The translations under genes were made by a program, and so were the position numbers. The notes below the pieces were generated by a model, which was given only the letters and a program-made list of their open reading frames with translations, had not been told where the DNA came from and made no database searches. A DNA stretch of 64,000 nt, from assembly GCA_043803945.1 (NCBI GenBank), contig JAZDJN010000026.1:35569-99568 (forward strand), given 5' to 3'. Positions within the stretch are counted from its first letter, which is position 1. Every line of letters begins with the position of its first letter. Source of the DNA: a bacterium. Lineage in GTDB: Bacteria; Bacteroidota; Ignavibacteria; UBA10030. Below are positions 38,541 through 49,127 of the stretch, one piece after another.

Positions 38541-39332
38541 TTACTGTTTTGTTCCCTTGATCATCAGCCAAAAGCCCCACCACCAGGCCAGCAGCGCCTG
38601 ATTGATGGTATTGGCAAATACAGGAAGATGATACCGGTAAGGATCGACGGTTGACAGATGAAGATTGCTGTATTGGCTGAACATTCTCCGTACCTGGTTC
38701 CGTGTATATGCTTTGCCTAGCGGATTGTCTTCGCCGTCATAGATTCGCACCCAATCGTCGGTGCGATCTCCCTCCTTTGGTGCTTTCCCGCTGAGGCGTC
38801 TATAGAGAGACCCCAGTGCGACATGCATCGAGGATTGGTGATAAAGCATAATGATAATTTTTCCACCCGGCTTCAATACTCGGTAGACCTCATTGATAGC
38901 TTTTGGTGTGTTGGGTGTATGATGGAGCACACCGAAGGAATAGACGATATCGAACGAGTTATCCTCAAAGGGCAGTTGCTCTGCATCGGCAACACGTGCA
39001 TCAACAGGGAGGCCGTAGAGGGCAAAACGCTGCTTCACCAGCTCGATGCTTCGTGGAGTCAGGTCGACTCCCGTAACAAGAGCTCCTCCGCGTGCAAATT
39101 GAAGAAGGTCCGTTCCCAGGCCGCATCCAATCTCGAGAAGGCGTTTTCCCGGGAAGTGATTGAATTCAGCAGTCTCCTTCATGAAGGGCTGCGATGTATA
39201 CCGGAAGCGCTCTACTTCATCAAAGAATGCTTTCGATCCCCATTCGAGATGGGTGAATTGCGTCCCGCATGGGTGTGCATTCCAGTATTCCTGTACTTCA
39301 CGTTTCAATGCTTCATTATCCGCTTCAACCAT
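38541..39332 (-). CDS. Class I SAM-dependent methyltransferase
   Basis: LEIGCGLGTD, FGVLHHTP. Start ATG 39332 is coupled to the asnB stop (TAATG). Confidence 0.9.
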   Translation of the reverse strand: MVEADNEALKREVQEYWNAHPCGTQFTHLEWGSKAFFDEVERFRYTSQPFMKETAEFNHFPGKRLLEIGCGLGTDLLQFARGGALVTGVDLTPRSIELVKQRFALYGLPVDARVADAEQLPFEDNSFDIVYSFGVLHHTPNTPKAINEVYRVLKPGGKIIIMLYHQSSMHVALGSLYRRLSGKAPKEGDRTDDWVRIYDGEDNPLGKAYTRNQVRRMFSQYSNLHLSTVDPYRYHLPVFANTINQALLAWWWGFWLMIKGTKQ

Positions 39333-41314
39333 TACAGCTCTTTTCCTTCGATCCAGCAATCGTACCACAGGGACAAATTCAAGAGGCACCAGAGATGCCG
39401 TCCGACATTAAGTCTTCCAGCCTGATGCTCGTTCATTAGGAAGATAATGAAATCTTGATTGAAAATATTCCGCTTCATCAGGTTCGAGTTGAGAATGGAG
39501 TGACGCATGTAGCCATGCCACTCTGAGCGCAGCCATTCCCGCACGGGAGCGGCGAATCCCTGCTTTTTTCTATAGATGATATCGTTTGGAATAATACCTT
39601 CAACAGCTTTTTTGAGAATATATTTCGGTTCGTTGTTCTTGATCTTGAAGAGAGCAGGGATGCTCATGGAATACTCCACCATCCGGTGATCAAGAAACGG
39701 GACACGTGCTTCAATGGACGTAGCCATGGAAATCTTATCAACCCGCATCAGTAAGAGCTCTGGCAGCCTGTTGCGGAATTCAAGATAAATCATCCGCTTG
39801 AGGTAATCGGCATTCGGATCGCGATCAAGGATTTCCCTGTGCCATTGTTGGGCGAGGCGTTGGCTTTCATGGATGTTCCTGCTATGAGCGGATGCGAGTA
39901 ACTGTTGCTTGTGAATGTTGGTGAAGAAATTATTTCCGCCCCAGAATGCTTCATCACCCTCTGTTGCTTTCCGCAGGTAATCAAGCTCGAGGTACCGATG
40001 CCGTTTTCTCAGAATCGGAGCAGTGAGGCTAAAAAGTCCATCACGAAGGAGTCGGGGCAATAAACCGTACGGAGACCAGAAATAACGCTGATACCGGAGC
40101 TCGCGCAAATACCAGGGGTAACCGGCAAACTGTTCATCGCTTCCCTCGCCAACCTGAACGACGATGGTGCCATTATCGCGGGCAAGTTTCGAAACAAAGT
40201 AGAGCGGTATACACACTTCATCGGCAATCGGTTCGTCCTGATGGAAAATCAGCTTGGGTAGAAACTCCATCGCCATCTTTTGATCGATGAATACTTCGTG
40301 GTGATTTGTTTTGAATAACGATGCAATCTTCCGGGCATATCCCATTTCGTTGTATTGCTCGAGATCACGGAAGCCGACCGAGAAGGTATCAACCGGCCGA
40401 TCCATAAGCTCAGCCATTAAAGCCACATTCGTGCTGGAATCGATCCCACCGCTCAGGAAGACGCCGAACGGTACATCGCTCATCATCCGGTCTTTGATTG
40501 ATTGTCGTAAGAGTGTTCGAATAGTGCCGATACACGACTCCTCGGTCATCGGATTCTGCTGGTTGAGCAGCGGTGAAGAGGAAACCGGTGTGCCGTTAAG
40601 GTCGATCGATGGCTGTTGATGACGGGGCACGGGATTCCAGTATTCTTCATTTTTCACCTGGCTGTCTTTACGGATAACCATAATCCTTCCCGGCTCAAGC
40701 TTTTGAATATTTTTAAACAGTGTAGAAGGAGCAGCAGAAATCAGGAATGTAAGATAAGCATCCAGCGCATCCTCGTCGAGTTCACGATGGATGTCGGGGT
40801 GCTGCAGAATGGCTTTGATCTCCGATCCGAACACCAGTGTGCCATTGACGAACGAATAATAGAGCGGCTTGATCCCCACGCGATCGCGGGCGAGAACGAG
40901 TTGTTGATTGGCCTCATCCCACAGCGCTATGGAAAACATCCCGAGCAGTTTGTTAACGAATGAAAGACCGTATTTCTGGTATGCGTTGAGGATGCTTTCG
41001 GTATCCGAGCGGGAACGGTACCGGTATCCCTCGGACTCGAATTCTTTCCGCAGAACAGCGTGATTGTAAATTTCTCCGTTGAAGACGATGGTGACGTTTC
41101 CATCCTGCGAGGTCATCGGCTGATGGCCGGCCGGTGAAAGGTCGACAATGGAGAGGCGGCGAAAACCAAATCCCACTCGCCGATCGGGAGAAAGGAATGT
41201 TCCCGAGTCATCGGGGCCGCGATGGACGATCGTACTGCTCATCTTCATGAGCAGCGATTCATCGACGGATCGATTGGATGTTCCGTAATTATAGATGCCG
41301 CAAATGCCGCACAT
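39332..41314 (-). CDS. asnB: Asparagine synthase (glutamine-hydrolysing) family amidotransferase
   Basis: MCGI start, HRGPDD, LSGGIDSS, GEGSDE, RVPFLD. Confidence 0.93.
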   Translation of the reverse strand: MCGICGIYNYGTSNRSVDESLLMKMSSTIVHRGPDDSGTFLSPDRRVGFGFRRLSIVDLSPAGHQPMTSQDGNVTIVFNGEIYNHAVLRKEFESEGYRYRSRSDTESILNAYQKYGLSFVNKLLGMFSIALWDEANQQLVLARDRVGIKPLYYSFVNGTLVFGSEIKAILQHPDIHRELDEDALDAYLTFLISAAPSTLFKNIQKLEPGRIMVIRKDSQVKNEEYWNPVPRHQQPSIDLNGTPVSSSPLLNQQNPMTEESCIGTIRTLLRQSIKDRMMSDVPFGVFLSGGIDSSTNVALMAELMDRPVDTFSVGFRDLEQYNEMGYARKIASLFKTNHHEVFIDQKMAMEFLPKLIFHQDEPIADEVCIPLYFVSKLARDNGTIVVQVGEGSDEQFAGYPWYLRELRYQRYFWSPYGLLPRLLRDGLFSLTAPILRKRHRYLELDYLRKATEGDEAFWGGNNFFTNIHKQQLLASAHSRNIHESQRLAQQWHREILDRDPNADYLKRMIYLEFRNRLPELLLMRVDKISMATSIEARVPFLDHRMVEYSMSIPALFKIKNNEPKYILKKAVEGIIPNDIIYRKKQGFAAPVREWLRSEWHGYMRHSILNSNLMKRNIFNQDFIIFLMNEHQAGRLNVGRHLWCLLNLSLWYDCWIEGKEL

Positions 41315-41355
41315 GAGAGATGGTTAATGCCCGTTGATGATTGAGTTACTTATAG

Positions 41356-41500
41356 AAAGAAATTGTCTAAAAAGAAAAAAAATTGTCTCACCCGAGTGCT
41401 TTTATCGGGTGTCCAGTGCCTTTATCTTTCAAATATCTGGATTCCCGCTAAAAGCATGCGGGAATGACAGTGTCCTTTTTTGTTTTTAGACAACCTCTTT
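41356..41500. mobile_element. MITE-like element: TIR shell around a GGATTCCCGC..GCGGGAATGAC REP
   Basis: AAAGAAATTGTCTAAAAA ... TTTTTAGACAACCTCTTT (16/18 inverted). Confidence 0.75.
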
Positions 41501-41663
41501 GTACGAAAGGCTCTGCCGGTAAATCGCTTCTCGTTTACTCTGTTCTTTGGTCAGAGAGATTTAAAATTCAATTATATCTCATTAGCCTGGATTCCGTGTA
41601 GAAGCATCACGGAATAACTTTATGCTTATTGGAAGCCAACACCTGTGAAGGTGGTAATTCACT

Positions 41664-44213
41664 TTACGCCTTTGCTTCATTCGGTTGCTTTTCTGTACTC
41701 CCCTGGCCTTTTTTCTTTTTCCAGTAGGTATATCCAAAAAATCCCAGTACGCTCAGAACAAGTATATTTGTCAGGAAACTGATCGTCTTACCCATCACAA
41801 ACTCGCCCGAATCGAATTTCATTTCAAGCTTGTGAATACCGGCTGGAATCACTACTCCCCGGAAGAGGTAATTGGCCCGGTAAATTGGAATCTCCTTATC
41901 ATCAAGATAAGCCCTCCACCCCTTAGGATAATAGGTCTCGCTCAGAACGAGCAGGTTCGTTCCGTCTGTAGTGGTCTTGAGTTCGAAGTCCTGAATCCCA
42001 TATTTCACAAACTCGGCCCTGGCAGCAGGATGAAGAGGATCCAGCGTGAGTTTCGGATCTTCCATGAGGAAGGCAACCTCAGTGGGGTTGAAGGATCGTT
42101 GCCTGATCTTGTTGAGAATGGTAAGGCCATCTGCCACCTCGTACCGACTCACAAAAAATGCCCGGGGGAGGTAGTTGAGATTTTGGTAGACTCTGCCATC
42201 CCGTCCGTTGTAGATAAGTCCGAGTGCGCCGCTTGAATCGACGGTGTTCGTGAGTACGTACTTTACGTTCATCAATTGCCAGGAGAGAGGATTATCGATA
42301 CCGGCAACATCCAAAAAATCCTGATAGGTACGCATCTTAGCTCCCTGGTATCCACCGGCACTTTGTAACCGCCAGTAGGCAAACCGGTTGCTGTAAGGAG
42401 CATCGCGGTTACCGCGTTCACCTTGAGCTAATTCAAGAATGCGAAACAGAGATGTATCTTTCTTGATAAATTCCACGGAAGGCGGTGCAGTCAATGCAAC
42501 CTGTTGATCTGTCTTGTCGGCCGGATTGAACGGCTTGAACGCTACACGCCACAAATCCGCCACCACCACCAGTGTCACAATGAGTGCAACTGTTGCGAGC
42601 TTCATTTTTCTCTGGATGAAGAGGTACAGAGCGCCAAAACATGCCGCAAGAAATACTCCAGCAAAAACAAGCTCCTGAGTCACCAACTTGCTCATCTCCG
42701 TACTGAAGAGAGCAAGTTGTTGGGGATTTAGATTACGGCCTTGCATTGTGCTGTTGACAAAACCTTCGTGCGTTATTGCAAGAAGAGCCAACACGGCGAG
42801 TGCGACACCCAAGCCGATGAGCATTTTTTTCTTCACCTGTTGAAGCTGGCTTGCCTCCATTTTCTCGCGGAGGGAGATGAAGTAGAGCAATCCGTAACCG
42901 GCAAGAATGGGCAAAAAGATCTGAATCAAAACCAGAATCATTGAAGGGATACGAAACTTGTTGAAGAAGGGGAAGAATTTAAACATCGGATCGTAGAGAA
43001 TTGGAAATTCCTTTCCAAAGGAGATCAGCAGGGAGATGGCAATGACAACCCCCAGGAACTGGACGAAGGCTTCCCTGCGGTAGGCAATGAATCCGATGAT
43101 TCCCAGTAACAAAACGATGATTCCCATATACTGCGGGGCGTGCGTAAATGGTTGAGTCCCGAAATAGTAGTTATCATAAACAAGTCTGTTCCGGCTCAAT
43201 GGACCCTGATAATTCTGGTATCCGAATCCATACCACGAAGGAGCAATCCAGGTGAACAGCTCACCAACAGGGTAGGACCATTGCGTTGCGTAATCGTACG
43301 AGAGTCCGCCTTCAGTTGTCTTCTCTGCGCTCATCAGGTCTTGTTGCATAATGGGTTTGGATCCTCGGATCGAATAGGGATTGTACGACCAGACAGAGAG
43401 ATATTTATCGGCATCCATGGTGAGAGCGAGCAGTGCAGCGGCAAACACAACAACGGCAGACTTGAGGATTGGAATCCATGCTTCTTTCTTCAACAATGCA
43501 CGAACGGCGAACACGAGGAAATAGATTCCCAGTGCAAATCCGATATAGAAAATCATCTGGATGTGAGCGGCTATGAAAATGAAATGGAACAACAACACCA
43601 GCAGCACAGCCCAGAGCAGCGAGAATCGCTCACGAAGTTTCTCGATGGCATAGAGGATGAACGGGAAGAATGCCATCACCGCAATCTTGGTATTGTGGCT
43701 GGTCATAATCCAGACGATGATGTACATCGAATACGTGGCGGCCAGCGCTGTCATCAGGGCAGCAACCTTGTTCTTCAGCTTGGAATAGGTAAGGAGATAC
43801 ATTCCACTGCCGAAGACTATATAGAAAAAGATAACCCATCCCTCGGGATGGGCAAGAATTGACCCGAAAAGAAGTGCAATGGAGTTCATCACATACCCGG
43901 TGATGTCGAAGATACGGTCCCCGGAGACTGTCAGACTTGCATAGGCAGGATAGCCGCAGAAAATATAGGGATTCCAGAGCGGAAAGATGCCTTGCTCTTT
44001 TGCATCCTTTACGAATGTCTGAAAACTCTGTGAGGCAAGCGTATCGACGTCAAGGATAATCTTTCCGCCGAAGATCAAGTCGTTAAAGAAAATAAACAGG
44101 CTGAGAATGATTATGCCGATGGCGACCACATGCTGATATTTGGCCGGAATCCAGTCTTTTTCGCTTCCAGTCTGTTTAGGGTGACTGGTTCGTTCTTTGT
44201 GTGTCTTGCTCAT
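41664..44213 (-). CDS. YfhO family membrane protein (GT-C fold)
   Basis: PLWNPYIFCGYP, YATQWSY, NKFRIPS, LSETYYPKGWRA, IYRANY. Confidence 0.88.
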   Translation of the reverse strand: MSKTHKERTSHPKQTGSEKDWIPAKYQHVVAIGIIILSLFIFFNDLIFGGKIILDVDTLASQSFQTFVKDAKEQGIFPLWNPYIFCGYPAYASLTVSGDRIFDITGYVMNSIALLFGSILAHPEGWVIFFYIVFGSGMYLLTYSKLKNKVAALMTALAATYSMYIIVWIMTSHNTKIAVMAFFPFILYAIEKLRERFSLLWAVLLVLLFHFIFIAAHIQMIFYIGFALGIYFLVFAVRALLKKEAWIPILKSAVVVFAAALLALTMDADKYLSVWSYNPYSIRGSKPIMQQDLMSAEKTTEGGLSYDYATQWSYPVGELFTWIAPSWYGFGYQNYQGPLSRNRLVYDNYYFGTQPFTHAPQYMGIIVLLLGIIGFIAYRREAFVQFLGVVIAISLLISFGKEFPILYDPMFKFFPFFNKFRIPSMILVLIQIFLPILAGYGLLYFISLREKMEASQLQQVKKKMLIGLGVALAVLALLAITHEGFVNSTMQGRNLNPQQLALFSTEMSKLVTQELVFAGVFLAACFGALYLFIQRKMKLATVALIVTLVVVADLWRVAFKPFNPADKTDQQVALTAPPSVEFIKKDTSLFRILELAQGERGNRDAPYSNRFAYWRLQSAGGYQGAKMRTYQDFLDVAGIDNPLSWQLMNVKYVLTNTVDSSGALGLIYNGRDGRVYQNLNYLPRAFFVSRYEVADGLTILNKIRQRSFNPTEVAFLMEDPKLTLDPLHPAARAEFVKYGIQDFELKTTTDGTNLLVLSETYYPKGWRAYLDDKEIPIYRANYLFRGVVIPAGIHKLEMKFDSGEFVMGKTISFLTNILVLSVLGFFGYTYWKKKKGQGSTEKQPNEAKA

Positions 44214-44231
44214 GAATGTTCTCTGGGTGGG

Positions 44232-45548
44232 TTATGAGTGAAGAATTAAGCTATCTAAAAGCGTTGCCAAGCTTCGTGTAATTTCTCTTCGGTCGTACTG
44301 ACGTATTGCTTCCCGATCTGGTTCAAATGCTGAATGATGATAGAGAAAATTCTCATAACATTCAACGAAGGCGGCCTGGATCGCCTGTTGATCCTGGTTG
44401 TGTGCCACGAATCCTGCTTTTGTTTCCCGGATGAGTGAGGCAACGGCACCTTCAATGGCAAGTGCGATAATTGGCCGCTGTGCACCGAGATATTCAAACA
44501 CTTTCCCGGGAACAATCTCATCGCTTCCTTTAGCTTCGTCAACAACGAGCAGAAGTGCATGGGAGTGCAGCAATGCTTCGATGCTCTCGCTGTGCGGCAG
44601 ATAGGGAATGATGGCGATACTCTCACGCAGCATGGAATTGTTGAGCATCTCGCGAACTTCTGCCCCAAAGCGTCCGATAAATTTCAACCGGATTCTTTGC
44701 GGATCGACCTTGCCGGACGCAACAAGTTGTTCAACCGCCTGAATAAATGATCTCGGATTTCGTTTTCCGTACATCGAGCCGGTGTAGGTTACTGTAAAGC
44801 GATGATCGGTGCGGGATTCAAGGGATGGATAATCCTCGGCATCGTATCCGTTGGGGTGGTAAATGAATTTGGATTGATCGAGGGAAGGAATTTTTTTCAG
44901 TATATCTTTTTGAATGCCGCGCCAGGCAGTCTCAATGCGCGTTGCCCGCTGATAAACCGACCGTTCCAGATGGCGATCGATCGCAGCGGGAAGAAACCAG
45001 CGGTCGGGTGTGGAAAGAAATCCTGTCCAGGGATCGCGGAATCCGGCAACCCAGGGAATCCCGGCACTTCGACTCAGCCGTTTTGCGATGAGCGCCGTGG
45101 TGTAAGGAGGCGACGAGGAATAGAGTGCCTGGATCTGTTCCCTGACAATAATTTCCTTTCCCGCCTTTACGGCATAGGGATACCATCCGATTCGCGCATC
45201 GGGGATAAAGAGAGTCGAACGCACAAACTCTGCCACCGATTCTGTCAGCGATTGTTTCTTGCCGGCCTGTGGAATATTCTCTACATCGACCGGTGCATTT
45301 GCCGGTTTCCCGGTGAACGTTCGATAGAGACGATACGGTTCGAAAATTTTCGTACGGTAGACAATGGCATGAGGCGAAATCTCAGCAAGCAGCGATTCAT
45401 CGCGAGCAGGAAAGTCTCCATCCTGAACCGTCAACACCACAGGCTGCCAGTCGAATTCGGGAAGATACTTCACAAACTTCAGCACCCGCTGAACACCAGG
45501 TCCTCCCGATGGCGGAAAATAATACGAAACGATCAAAACTTTCTTCAT
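44232..45548 (-). CDS. GT4 glycosyltransferase
   Basis: YYFPPSGGPGVQR, FIPDARIGW, FRDPW, GKVFEY. Confidence 0.92.
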   Translation of the reverse strand: MKKVLIVSYYFPPSGGPGVQRVLKFVKYLPEFDWQPVVLTVQDGDFPARDESLLAEISPHAIVYRTKIFEPYRLYRTFTGKPANAPVDVENIPQAGKKQSLTESVAEFVRSTLFIPDARIGWYPYAVKAGKEIIVREQIQALYSSSPPYTTALIAKRLSRSAGIPWVAGFRDPWTGFLSTPDRWFLPAAIDRHLERSVYQRATRIETAWRGIQKDILKKIPSLDQSKFIYHPNGYDAEDYPSLESRTDHRFTVTYTGSMYGKRNPRSFIQAVEQLVASGKVDPQRIRLKFIGRFGAEVREMLNNSMLRESIAIIPYLPHSESIEALLHSHALLLVVDEAKGSDEIVPGKVFEYLGAQRPIIALAIEGAVASLIRETKAGFVAHNQDQQAIQAAFVECYENFLYHHSAFEPDREAIRQYDRREITRSLATLLDSLILHS

Positions 45549-45574
45549 ATCAACCAGAGAAAAGATGAATGCCG

Positions 45575-46384
45575 TTATTGCTTCCGAGCAACCACAAGCA
45601 ATCCGGTTCCTGTTGTATTTTGAATTCTATAGTCAAGATACATAAGAAGGAGAGTAAATGGAAGAGTGAAGAGATAATAGAACGGAAGGAGAACAAAGAA
45701 TGCATTATGAAGATTCAGCAGAAGCATGGGGTATTTAATCCCAAGGCGCCAGGAGATGGAACCCCAGGGTCCGTAAGTGAAGCTTACAGACTCGATGGAA
45801 AATCCGACCGATTTCAATTTGGCCTGAATTTCTTCCACACCATAGCCATTGCGTGCATGTTCCTCAATGAAACTTTCGTCGTCAGGCGAGTGTGCATCCG
45901 ACCCGCCGATGTTCGACGGTGTGTTCACCAGTAACGCCCCGCCCGGTTTCAGCGCTGTGTGAAGATTACGAAAGACACCAATGTCATCCGGAATATGTTC
46001 CATCACGTCGACAGAGATGGCGAGATCGAATTCATTTTGATGCAGAGGTTGGTTAAGATCTTCAACGGCGAACCGGATGTTTTGAATCCCGGATTTGCTG
46101 AAGAATTGCCGGCAATCTTCGATCTGTTCTTCTTTGACATCCACTGCATGGATGGAGCTCTGTGGAAAGCGGATTGCGATATAATAACTGTACTGTCCAA
46201 ATCCAGAACCGGCATCGAAAATGTTCGGTGATTGTCCGGCTCGTACCAGCAATGTCCGTATGGCTCGTTTGACATGCCATTCACGCAGGAACATCATTCC
46301 AAGAAGTTTGTAGAAGAGCTTACGCAGGAGAGGAGTGCGTCGGACAACAATGCCGATTGATTCTTTAATAGGATCGTACTTCAT
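45575..46384 (-). CDS. Class I SAM-dependent methyltransferase
   Basis: DAGSGFGQY, DVMEHI. Confidence 0.88.
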   Translation of the reverse strand: MKYDPIKESIGIVVRRTPLLRKLFYKLLGMMFLREWHVKRAIRTLLVRAGQSPNIFDAGSGFGQYSYYIAIRFPQSSIHAVDVKEEQIEDCRQFFSKSGIQNIRFAVEDLNQPLHQNEFDLAISVDVMEHIPDDIGVFRNLHTALKPGGALLVNTPSNIGGSDAHSPDDESFIEEHARNGYGVEEIQAKLKSVGFSIESVSFTYGPWGSISWRLGIKYPMLLLNLHNAFFVLLPFYYLFTLPFTLLLMYLDYRIQNTTGTGLLVVARKQ

Positions 46385-46405
46385 AGGATTTTCAGGTTGT
46401 TGTAT

Positions 46406-47530
46406 TCAATGGGGCGCAGAAAGTTGTTCAATGGCAACGACGAGTGCATCCCAGGTGTACTTGGTTTTTTCTCGGGCGACAGTCCGGACAAATTGCTCTT
46501 CCCTGCCTTCCTCGTAAAATCTCACAACTGCACGGGCAACTTCTTCAGGCTGATTTGGTGCAACGATGAAACCGGTCCTCTCATTGAGGACAACTTCTGC
46601 CAATCCCCCTACATCCGTAGCAATAACAGGCTTGTCGAACTGGTAGGCAATCTGCACAATCCCGCTCTGCGTTGCCGAGACGTAGGGAAGTACGACAACA
46701 TCGCTGGCAGAAAAGTAAAGGCCGACCTCCTTATTCGGAACATAGCCGGAGTACACTGCAACATGATCAGCAAGGCCGTTTGTTTCAATCTGTTGACGGT
46801 AGAGGGATTCCTCGCCATAAAACTCTCCCACTACGAGAAGTTTCACCTTCATCGTTTTGAGAATGATCGGCATCGCATCAAGCAGAATGTGCAGTCCTTT
46901 ATATCGCCGGATATACCCGAAGAAGAGAATAATCCGTTCATCGTTGAGCACGAGCGATTGCCGTGCCGCCACTTTAGCGATTCCCTTACCGAAAATTTCA
47001 TAGACGGGGTGCGGAACAAGCGAGTACCGTGCACCGGGGAGAAAGTGATTCAGGTCGCGTTCCACTGCTTTTGATTGAACAATAAATACATCGACAAACC
47101 GGAAGGCAAACCGGGTAAACACCGTGTCGCCCAGGCGCTTTTCGTGAGGGATAACATTGTCGCAGATGAACAAGACCTTCGCCTTCGTCCATCGTTTCAC
47201 GAGCATTGCAATGAACGCAAAGCATGGACCGAAAAAAGGAATCCAGTATTTGAAAATCAGCAGATCGGGTTTTGTTGCTGCGATTCTTCTTGCGGCTGTA
47301 ATCCATGTGAAAGGATTGATCGAATCGATCAGTTGTTCGCTTGGTACGATACTGCCGGCGCCGCCCTGCTCCTCCTGCGTTTTGCCGGGAAACAGGATTG
47401 CCGGATACTGACGCGAGAAGGTAACGATCGATACGTCATGGATCTTCGATAAGTGTTGATAGAGCAGCGCATTATAATGGGCGATGCCGCCCCGAAGAGG
47501 ATATGCAGTTCCGACGATAACGATCCTCAT
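46406..47530 (-). CDS. GT4 glycosyltransferase
   Basis: YPLRGGIAH, FFGYIRRYKGL, PYVSATQSG. Confidence 0.92.
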   Translation of the reverse strand: MRIVIVGTAYPLRGGIAHYNALLYQHLSKIHDVSIVTFSRQYPAILFPGKTQEEQGGAGSIVPSEQLIDSINPFTWITAARRIAATKPDLLIFKYWIPFFGPCFAFIAMLVKRWTKAKVLFICDNVIPHEKRLGDTVFTRFAFRFVDVFIVQSKAVERDLNHFLPGARYSLVPHPVYEIFGKGIAKVAARQSLVLNDERIILFFGYIRRYKGLHILLDAMPIILKTMKVKLLVVGEFYGEESLYRQQIETNGLADHVAVYSGYVPNKEVGLYFSASDVVVLPYVSATQSGIVQIAYQFDKPVIATDVGGLAEVVLNERTGFIVAPNQPEEVARAVVRFYEEGREEQFVRTVAREKTKYTWDALVVAIEQLSAPH

Positions 47531-49122
47531 TGTTGATCCAGTTCCAATTTATACAGAACCGCCGGAGGATAATCGGTGTAAAGAACCGCCTTGAGTTGCG
47601 GCGGCGCGTTCCGCGGATTGAGCAGCGGTTCAAATTGAGGCCTCATCGCAGCTTCCATCTGGCTGAAATACAGATACGAGGCATTTGCCGATTTGGCAGC
47701 GGCAAAGAGTTCCGGCAGTGTTGCAACATACGGGAAGGTTTCCATCTGCATATCAAGATAGTAAGCGATGTGAGGTTTACGCGCTAGGATAATTTTTCCA
47801 CTCTCTGAAGAACCGAACCTGCTTTTAAATTGATCTGCGATTACCACCATCTCCTGCGGGCCGGATGAAATATTCATTTTATTAAAGGAGTAAGAATTGT
47901 TAAAGGTCCAGAGAATGATGATGATCGAAATAATGCCTCCGAGGTGCATCGCTTTCCAGAATCGATACTTTACCAGATTGGGTAAGGTCAGCGTTCTCAA
48001 GGCAAGCAAACTATAGACAGGGAGCAGCGCTAGTGAAAATCGCTCTCCATAGAATACAAGAAGTAGAATACCGAAAAAGCTGAGAGAGAGAATGAGAAAA
48101 CTCAGCACTTTCTTCTCAGGCTTTTCGAAAAACAAATAGATGACTCCGAAAAATGTGAAGGCTCCGGTTTGCCATCCCAACAGTTTGCCGAGGTCGTCAA
48201 GAAAGTGAAAGTAAACATTTCTGATCACTGTCTTGATGAATAAACCGAAATCCAGGAAGATCACCTGAGAAAGAGAGGTATATCGCTTTGATTCCACCGA
48301 CCAGAACTGATCCCAGCCAATGCGTTCCTTGGCGAACATCTCATAGGCAATGTTTAGATAGTTTTTGCTGAAAAAGAAACTTCCCTTTTCCAGCAAACAA
48401 TAGATGCCCCATGGAGCAATGGCAAGAAAGAACACGCCAAGGTAAAGTGCGCATGTTTTGACCCGTTCCTTCCAGGAAAGAGAAAAGGGATTGGCGATCA
48501 GGATTGCCGCAGGTGCAGCGAGGACGATATAAAACCCGTTATAGCGGTTCAGATACGCGAAGGCTCCCAGGAGAGCCGAGATGATAAGTGATTGCCATCT
48601 CCGCTCGGAGTCCTTCATGAGAAAATACATGCTGGCGGTAACAGTTGCGGCAAACAGCATGTCTGTTCCGGCAGAATAGGTATACTGGACAAACGTTGGA
48701 TTGACGGCGATCAGGATAGTGCCGACCAGCGCGATATCAGAACGAAAGAGCTGCTTGAAGATGTTGAAAGCGAAGTACAGTGTAAATGCGGCACAAAGTG
48801 TAGCGAGAAATATACCGGCATGGAATAAATCTTTGGTGAGCAGAGAAACGATGGCAAGGATGATCGGATAGGCAGGTCCATGGAAATTTTCAATTGGCAA
48901 TGTCCCTTTCATGATCTCCCGCGCCTGCGGAACGTAGCTCCAGAAAAAATCTGTCTCCACGCCGTAATCGCCAACCGTATGGTAACTGAAATTGATCATC
49001 AGCATGATGAACAAATAACATCCCAAGAGCCACCATGGAAATCGCGGATCATTCACGGTAGAAGAAAAAAAGGGAAACAATGATATTTGTGGTGCGGATT
49101 GTTGTTTCTGTTGTTTTGCCAT
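47527..49122 (-). CDS. GT-C fold membrane glycosyltransferase (GT39-like)
   Basis: Many TM segments; ETD acidic motif in the first loop, GPAYP, AYLNRY. Confidence 0.7.
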   Translation of the reverse strand: MAKQQKQQSAPQISLFPFFSSTVNDPRFPWWLLGCYLFIMLMINFSYHTVGDYGVETDFFWSYVPQAREIMKGTLPIENFHGPAYPIILAIVSLLTKDLFHAGIFLATLCAAFTLYFAFNIFKQLFRSDIALVGTILIAVNPTFVQYTYSAGTDMLFAATVTASMYFLMKDSERRWQSLIISALLGAFAYLNRYNGFYIVLAAPAAILIANPFSLSWKERVKTCALYLGVFFLAIAPWGIYCLLEKGSFFFSKNYLNIAYEMFAKERIGWDQFWSVESKRYTSLSQVIFLDFGLFIKTVIRNVYFHFLDDLGKLLGWQTGAFTFFGVIYLFFEKPEKKVLSFLILSLSFFGILLLVFYGERFSLALLPVYSLLALRTLTLPNLVKYRFWKAMHLGGIISIIIILWTFNNSYSFNKMNISSGPQEMVVIADQFKSRFGSSESGKIILARKPHIAYYLDMQMETFPYVATLPELFAAAKSANASYLYFSQMEAAMRPQFEPLLNPRNAPPQLKAVLYTDYPPAVLYKLELDQQ

Positions 49123-49127
49123 AGCGG

